NCBI GenBank assembly: GCA_039630055.1
Contig: JBCNVN010000014.1
Location: forward strand, 1-34,966
Length of the DNA stretch: 34,966 nucleotides
Direction: 5' to 3'
From: Candidatus Caldarchaeales archaeon
GTDB lineage: Archaea; Thermoproteota; Nitrososphaeria_A; Caldarchaeales; Wolframiiraptoraceae
Shown here: piece after piece, positions 29,101 through 34,966 of the stretch
Layout: each line of letters starts with the position of its first letter
Numbering within the stretch: position 1 is the stretch's first letter
The notes under the pieces: generated by a model
The model's input: only the letters and a program-made list of their open reading frames with translations
The model's database searches: none
What the model was told of the DNA's origin: nothing
Position numbers and translations under genes: made by a program

Positions 29101-30177
29101 TCACTTCCATCTCTCAGGATTCCAATCCTCGATTACTGGTACCTTAAACCTTCCTTCTACTATATCTTTCTCTGTTTTTTCTACGAGTTCCAAGACTTCT
29201 TTTGGAACCTCTTTCTTGAGCTTCTCGTTCCAGATTAGTTTAGCCCATCCTTCCTTCATCCCCCAATCGTATATTCCACCCTCCCATCTTCCTTTCTGCT
29301 TCATCTCTATCAATTTAGCAACGAAAGTCTTGAGATCCCATACGACGCTAGCGAGAACTACTTCTGGTGCAAGAGTAGATTGGTCTACTATATTACCAAA
29401 ACAGTATACTTTCTTCCCCCTTACTAAAGCTTCTTTCGCTGCTTCAAATGGACCGTATCTTTCAGCATATATGAAGTCGGCTCCCATCTCTATTAGAGTC
29501 TTTGCAGCATCTTTACCCTTAATAGGGTCGAACCAACTCTCGATATAGATAGCTTTAACCTCAACCTTAGGATTGGCGGATTTAGCTCCAGCCGCAAAAG
29601 CGTTTACGAGTCTATTGACATCTGGGACAGCGTATGCAGCTACCACTCCTACAATATTGGTCTTAGTCATCTTCCCCGCTATTATTCCTGCAAGATATGC
29701 AGCATCTTGTATCCAGTAATCGTATAGAACTATGTTGGCAGGGTACTTGATGTCTGTTGGACCTGAGCCTTGTGCAAAAGCTACATTCGGGAACTCTTTC
29801 GCTAATTTTATCGTAGTCTCATAGAAGCCCCAGCTATGAGGCATTATTATATCGTATCCTGCGGCTAAGTATTCTCTAATAACTCTCTCAACATCAGCTG
29901 TATCGACTTTTTCAGAATAAACATACTCGAAATCATATCTTCCCTTAGCCCATGTCAACGCTTCGTGAAGAACTGTATTCCAAGGCTCCTCGATAGGTGT
30001 GGTATAGATAACCGCAACCTTAAGCTTTTTCATAGGTGTTGTCGACTGAGGCCCAGGGGAGAGAGTTACAAAATATCCAGCTACGACTGCAACAACAATT
30101 ATCACCGAGATAACTAATGCTAAAACCATTTTCGAGATTCCACACTTACCTTGAGATTCAATTCTTACCATATTCAT
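29101..30177 (-). CDS. BMP/PnrA-family ABC transporter substrate-binding protein
   Basis: N-terminal membrane anchor, EEPWN, AYLAG..AG.MTKTN.VG, SWFDP, GADFI, GNIVDQ. Confidence 0.9.
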   Translation of the reverse strand: MNMVRIESQGKCGISKMVLALVISVIIVVAVVAGYFVTLSPGPQSTTPMKKLKVAVIYTTPIEEPWNTVLHEALTWAKGRYDFEYVYSEKVDTADVERVIREYLAAGYDIIMPHSWGFYETTIKLAKEFPNVAFAQGSGPTDIKYPANIVLYDYWIQDAAYLAGIIAGKMTKTNIVGVVAAYAVPDVNRLVNAFAAGAKSANPKVEVKAIYIESWFDPIKGKDAAKTLIEMGADFIYAERYGPFEAAKEALVRGKKVYCFGNIVDQSTLAPEVVLASVVWDLKTFVAKLIEMKQKGRWEGGIYDWGMKEGWAKLIWNEKLKKEVPKEVLELVEKTEKDIVEGRFKVPVIEDWNPERWK

Positions 30178-30269
30178 CTAATCTACACTCTATTATATAA
30201 GATTGGTTTTACACGTTTATATAAAAAGAACACGATCTCGTAAAAACCGCATCCCCATATCGAAATCCT

Positions 30270-30379
30270 GCTATCAAATATGCCTAACTATAATCACCAA
30301 ATTCTACACTCTTTTTAGCATGCATTAGACCAGCTTTAGCACTGTCAAGCCAGTTTATGACCTCGTCTCTCATAGACAT
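30270..30379 (-). pseudogene. Truncated HEPN-domain (toxin-antitoxin type) gene remnant
   Basis: MRDEVINWLDSAKAGLMHAKKSVEFGDYS*AYLIA matches the N-terminus of archaeal standalone HEPN proteins (W...A..DL..A......GDY.WA.F.A), with TAG at the Trp position (30284-30286). Confidence 0.5.
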
Positions 30380-31097
30380 AGAACATCCATCCCTACGCAT
30401 AATGACATCAGCTCAGTTAAAATCTTACCATCACTGACGTGAGATAAGAACATATCGGGAAGGAAAACATGTTGTTTAAGTGTATTAGTATCAAAAGGCT
30501 ATCGAGCCGATATCTCTGATGGTAAAATCTTGAAGATAACAGATATTGGAGATTCGCCAAAAAATACCATTCTTTACCTAGTACAATATTTTCAGATAAC
30601 ATATCGGAGACCTCTAGCAAACCTTCTTTATACACGTCCAAGATACTATTGTGGCCTCAACCATAACATAATCGCTTGGTAGAACCCATCTTTCTATAGT
30701 TTAGATAATTGTATCACATATTAATTCATTTAATCCATGACCTCCTTCAACAACTTGTAAGATTGCAACCTGCTTATGATGAAGAATCTCATAAGACTCT
30801 TGGGTGATCTATAATATCACTCGTGATCAAATTATAGTTGACTGGAGATGGGGTTAGTCGGGTAGACTATGGCCAGAGCCGAGTCCAAAGTGTGGTCTAA
30901 GAGTAATACCATTGAAGAAGAGATATGAGGATATGCTCCATCTTTAAGTTCAGATGGTTCGATCCCTGAAGATTCACGGCCAAGCCATGTATACCACCAC
31001 ATCAATATCGCTAATAGTTAAGGATGTCATGCTGGAGAGATGGGCAGAATAAAGCATAATTAGGATTAGAACAATTTTAGGTTTGGAGTGAGCCGAG

Positions 31098-32240
31098 ATG
31101 ACTTATATCGCTCATCTTGCAGATTTGCATTTAGGTTACAGACAATATGGATTGATAGAGAGGGAGGAGGATATCTATGAGACCTTTGATGAGGCAGTTG
31201 ATAAAATAATTGAAGAACATGCGAGGATAGTTATTATCGCAGGAGATTTATTTAATTCGGCTAGACCTCCTATCCGATCCCTCTATCATGTAAAATCAAA
31301 TCTTGAGAAGCTTAAGTCTAGAGGTATCAACGTTTTCTGTATTCTAGGAGACCATGATATACCGAGAAGAGTTGGCGAATACAGTCCATTAACTCTTTTC
31401 AGAGGAGACCTGCTTCACCACATAGATGGTAAGACTGTAGAGATTGAAATAGATGGAATACGTATCAAGATCACTGGGGTAGATAGAGCGCCATCCACAG
31501 CATCGGATAAAGTTCGTAAGATTATTGAGAAGCTTTCAAAGGATATACAGACAAAAGCTGGAACCGAGAGAAATATCTTGGTTACACACCTTCCTTTACA
31601 TGGCATTTCAGGTGAACTATGTATAGATGATCTGCCTGAAAACTATGATTACTATGCATTGGGACATGAACATGTGAGAAGAGTTTTCCGTAAGGGGTTG
31701 GGTCTGGCCTCATACCCTGGGTCCATAGATATTCTATCAAGAGATGAGATTATAGGGTGGAAGTTAGAAGGAAAAGGTTTTTATCTAGTAGACCTTTCAG
31801 GTTCTGAACCTATAGTTGAGAAGGTGGACTTAAAGTCTATAAGACCACAAGAGATCTTTGAGATAAGCCTTGGAGAGCCTATAGATAAGCTGGTCGATTG
31901 GATTACTCATCAGAGTAAGAAGCCGATCCTTCATCTTCTAATAAAAGATCGAGAATTCGATTTAAGAAGAATAAATGAGATTGCTGAAAAATTACGAGGA
32001 ATAGGCTGCCTCGATGTCAGATATAGGAGAAAAATCTTTAGAGAGGACGATCAATTTAAAGCACTTCCACACATCGATCATTCACGATTCAATATTATAG
32101 ATCTTATAAAGACGAGTATTATGGAGATCGGTTTATCCGAAGAAGAGGCTGAATTAGCAATAAATATCTATAAAGAGTTCCGCACTGGAGGAGGAGATGC
32201 TCTCAAAGAGTTATTACTTAGAAGATCTCCAGAGGGATAA
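31098..32240 (+). CDS. mre11: Mre11/SbcD nuclease
   Basis: Phosphoesterase motifs ADLHLG, AGDLF, GDHD, VTH, ALGHEH and YPGS; directly upstream of rad50. Confidence 0.92.
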   Translation: MTYIAHLADLHLGYRQYGLIEREEDIYETFDEAVDKIIEEHARIVIIAGDLFNSARPPIRSLYHVKSNLEKLKSRGINVFCILGDHDIPRRVGEYSPLTLFRGDLLHHIDGKTVEIEIDGIRIKITGVDRAPSTASDKVRKIIEKLSKDIQTKAGTERNILVTHLPLHGISGELCIDDLPENYDYYALGHEHVRRVFRKGLGLASYPGSIDILSRDEIIGWKLEGKGFYLVDLSGSEPIVEKVDLKSIRPQEIFEISLGEPIDKLVDWITHQSKKPILHLLIKDREFDLRRINEIAEKLRGIGCLDVRYRRKIFREDDQFKALPHIDHSRFNIIDLIKTSIMEIGLSEEEAELAINIYKEFRTGGGDALKELLLRRSPEG

Positions 32241-32244
32241 GTAG

Positions 32245-34671
32245 ATGATTATTAGAGAAGTTTATCTAAATAATTTTATCTCATACGAAGAGGCGGTTGT
32301 GAAATTCCCTATAGGGGTGACAGTTATAGTTGGAGAGAACGGTGCAGGGAAGACAGCCATACTAGATGCGATAACTTATGCACTCTTCAAAGAACATAGT
32401 AGAGGTAGAGATGAAAACCTGATAAGAAGACGTATGAACAACTCAAAGATCAAGCTTAGATTCTCTGTTAGAGGGAAAAACTTTGAGGTCGAATGGAATC
32501 TCTCAAGAGGCAGGTCTCCTATAGGAAACCTAAAAGATTTAGATGAGGGATATTCTTTGGTTAGGCCTGGGTCGGGAGAGAGAACCATCATCCCGGAGAT
32601 AGCCAAGTTAACAGGATTAGATAAAGAAGTCTTCATCAATGCAATCTATGTTAAGCAAGGAGAGATCGCTAAGTTTCTAGATGCTAAACCCTCTGAAAGA
32701 AAGAAGATAATTGGACAACTATTGGGAATAGAGGAGTTAGAGAAGATATGGGAAGCTATGAGAGACCCTCTCAAGGATCTGGAAGCCAAGGTAGAAAGCT
32801 ATGCTTTAGAAGTTGAGAGGATAGAAGTTGAGAGGAGAAGGATTCAAGAAGAGTTGGAGACCCTATCAAAGAAACAAGATCAACTTAGAGAGATAGAGTC
32901 TGAGAAGGCGAAGCTTAGAGAAGAGATAGAAGATTTAAGAAGAAAGATCGATAAGCTTGAAGAAAAGAGGAAGAGATGGAGTGAATTAGAAAGCCTTATC
33001 ACAAGTCTAGAGAAGAGAGAGCTTGAAAATAGGTCGCAGAAGGAGCGTTTAGATGAAAAAATCCGTATTCTAGAAGAGGCTTCTAGTAGATTAAGAGAAT
33101 ATGAACCTCTAAATACTGAAAAGATGGTAGAAGAAGGAAAGCTCCACTCGCTCTACATTAAGAGGGATGAGTTAGAGGGACTGCTACAGATTAAGAGGTT
33201 GAAGAGAGAAGAGGTAGAGAGAGTTAAAGGAGAGAAGCAATTTTTAGAAGCTCAAGTCAATCAATCGCTAGATAAATTCAAGAAGGTTACTGGTATCGAG
33301 GTAAATGTGGTAGACTTCAAAGAAGTCTATGAGCAGGTCTACAAGAATGTTAAAGATGGAATCTCCAAGATAAACGTAGAGATGCAAGAGAAGATGAGAG
33401 GTAAGCAGAAGTATTATAAACTAGGCATCTTCTCAACCATCTTAGGCACAACTTCATCGATTATCTTGCTAGCAGTCTCTGGAATAAGCATGACATCACT
33501 CATCATCTCATCTCTCATCGTAGTGCTTGCAGTTCTCTCGCTGATTACATCCTTCAAGAAGCAGAAGATACTAGAAGACAAGATAAACAGTCTACTGGAA
33601 GAGAGGCAAAGACTGGAAATGCAGAAATCACAGTTAGAAGATATTAGAGTAAATGAGGTTCATGAAAAAATCAGTAGATACAACAAGATTGAAGAAAAGA
33701 TCATAGAGCTGGAGGAAGATGTTAAAGATTTGGATATACTTGAATTAGAATACCAAAATCTAAGAAAGGATATTGAGAAGATTCAAAATAGAGTAAAAGA
33801 GCTACAACAGTATTCAGATGGATATATGAAGGCTTTAGGGGTTCTTGAAAGAGAGGGTTTGAAGAACATCGAAGAACTTGAAGAGAGGATCAAAGAGCTT
33901 AAACAAGAGAAAGCTAATATCGAGGAGGAATTGGAGCAGATCTCGAGTGAACTTGCTCACTTAAGAGAAGAAGAGTGTAGGATAGCATATAATGATGAAG
34001 AGTATAGATCAGCGAAAGAACGATACATCCTACTCCAAGAGGAAATGATGGATATTGAGAAGAAGATAGCTGAAATAGAGGCAGATATCAAATACTTATC
34101 TAGAGAGATTGAAGAGTTGAAAGCCGACTTGGAAAGATTGGAGCATTCTAGAGAAGCATACATAAAACTGAGACCCTACGTTGATTCTTTGAATAGGATC
34201 CGTGAAATATTTTACAAAGATGGTATCCTCCAGAAGACGGTTAGGAGAAGTGCCTCAACCCTCATAGAAGAGTATGCTAGACTATTCCTTCAAGAATTTA
34301 ATCTACCATTCTCCGATATAAGAATAGATGAAGACTTTAACATCTTCTTGGATGGCAGAGATGGAGAGCAAACACTTGAAACCTTGAGTGGAGGAGAGAA
34401 GATAGCCATAGCATTGATACTTAGGTTGAGTATAGCCGCATCTCTCGCAGGAGAAGCCTTCGAACTTATAATCATGGATGAGCCGACTATTCATCTAGAC
34501 TCAGAGAGGAGGAGAGAGTTGATAAACATGTTCAAGAAATTTAGAGGAGGGAAACGTATAATCCCTCAAGTAATACTCGTATCACATGACAGAGAATTAG
34601 AAGAAGCTGCAGACGAGGTATTCGAGGTTGTGAGGTCTGAAGGTATCTCAAAGATTAAATCATACATCTAA
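32245..34671 (+). CDS. rad50: Rad50/SbcC SMC-family ATPase, hook-less, with a central hydrophobic hairpin
   Basis: Walker A GENGAGKT, Q-loop YVKQGEI, long coiled coils, LSGGE, Walker B IMDEPT, SHD. No CXXC motif. Confidence 0.9.
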   Translation: MIIREVYLNNFISYEEAVVKFPIGVTVIVGENGAGKTAILDAITYALFKEHSRGRDENLIRRRMNNSKIKLRFSVRGKNFEVEWNLSRGRSPIGNLKDLDEGYSLVRPGSGERTIIPEIAKLTGLDKEVFINAIYVKQGEIAKFLDAKPSERKKIIGQLLGIEELEKIWEAMRDPLKDLEAKVESYALEVERIEVERRRIQEELETLSKKQDQLREIESEKAKLREEIEDLRRKIDKLEEKRKRWSELESLITSLEKRELENRSQKERLDEKIRILEEASSRLREYEPLNTEKMVEEGKLHSLYIKRDELEGLLQIKRLKREEVERVKGEKQFLEAQVNQSLDKFKKVTGIEVNVVDFKEVYEQVYKNVKDGISKINVEMQEKMRGKQKYYKLGIFSTILGTTSSIILLAVSGISMTSLIISSLIVVLAVLSLITSFKKQKILEDKINSLLEERQRLEMQKSQLEDIRVNEVHEKISRYNKIEEKIIELEEDVKDLDILELEYQNLRKDIEKIQNRVKELQQYSDGYMKALGVLEREGLKNIEELEERIKELKQEKANIEEELEQISSELAHLREEECRIAYNDEEYRSAKERYILLQEEMMDIEKKIAEIEADIKYLSREIEELKADLERLEHSREAYIKLRPYVDSLNRIREIFYKDGILQKTVRRSASTLIEEYARLFLQEFNLPFSDIRIDEDFNIFLDGRDGEQTLETLSGGEKIAIALILRLSIAASLAGEAFELIIMDEPTIHLDSERRRELINMFKKFRGGKRIIPQVILVSHDRELEEAADEVFEVVRSEGISKIKSYI

Positions 34672-34674
34672 TTC

Positions 34675-34797
34675 ATGGGTTCTGAAGTTGATCATGGTTT
34701 AGATGGAGTCGTAATTGAGCTTGAGAGATTAGGTGTAGATTATACTAGCGAGCTTAAATACTTCCTAGAAGAGCTGGAGTCCAAGAGATATATATGA
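34675..34797 (+). other. Short 40-aa ORF or truncated gene directly after rad50
   Basis: ATG 4 nt after the rad50 stop; reads MGSEVDHGLDGVVIELERLGVDYTSELKYFLEELESKRYI*. Confidence 0.25.
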
Positions 34798-34966
34798 ACT
34801 ATGCAGGTTTTGAGAATATAGAATGGATATAGTCAATCTCCCCGTAAAAGTTCTAAAGTAAATACTTAGACACAATCTTTGATAACTCATTTCTCGCAAT
34901 ACCGACTTGTAACAAGCTAGTTCAGTGCTTTCCCACTACCAATTATTTCAAGTCAGTTTTTATAGG

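Noticed and set aside
30784-30794. GAATCTCATAA, an 11-nt match to the repeat 5' end
   Set aside because: No stem partner, no ATTGAAAG and no second copy at spacer distance; too short to call a mini-array.
30950-30970. GGTTCGATCCC resembling a tRNA T-loop
   Set aside because: No acceptor stem, D arm or anticodon arm could be built around it.
31340-31360. Mre11 motif III reads GDHD rather than GNHD
   Set aside because: As I recall, this variant occurs in crenarchaeal Mre11 proteins; not evidence of inactivation or novelty.
3083-34494. Numerous 60-113 aa ORFs nested in or antisense to long genes
   Set aside because: Shadow ORFs of well-supported genes, with no recognisable motifs or translation signals.

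Overview
Archaeal DNA, most likely from a thermophilic TACK-group archaeon. This is inferred from the repeat type, GGTGA ribosome-binding sites, TATA/BRE promoters and gene families. Positions 1-16.3 kb are a CRISPR-Cas locus. It begins with the trailer end of an array of 35 repeats (GAATCTCATAAAGAGAATTGAAAG). A Sulfolobus-like type III-D effector operon follows (Cas11, five Cas7-group RAMPs, Cas10 with HD and GGDD motifs, Csx10). After it come an uncharacterised 432-aa PD-(D/E)xK-like nuclease coupled to the operon end, Csx3/Crn3, Csx1 (CARF-HEPN), a nonsense-disrupted APE2256/Crn1-like CARF gene and Cas6. No cas1/2/4 is in the window. Positions 16.5-30.2 kb encode an ABC exporter, a cysteine-synthase-family enzyme, a corrinoid methyl-transfer cluster (RACo-type activator, corrinoid protein, pyrrolysine-free MtmB homologue, MtaB) and a BMP-family ABC importer. 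Positions 31.1-34.7 kb encode Mre11 and a Rad50 that has no CXXC zinc hook and instead carries a predicted transmembrane hairpin at the coiled-coil apex. The two strongest candidates for undescribed biology are this membrane-anchored Rad50/Mre11 and the 432-aa type III-D accessory nuclease. All calls are from motif reading by eye; no database searches were run.
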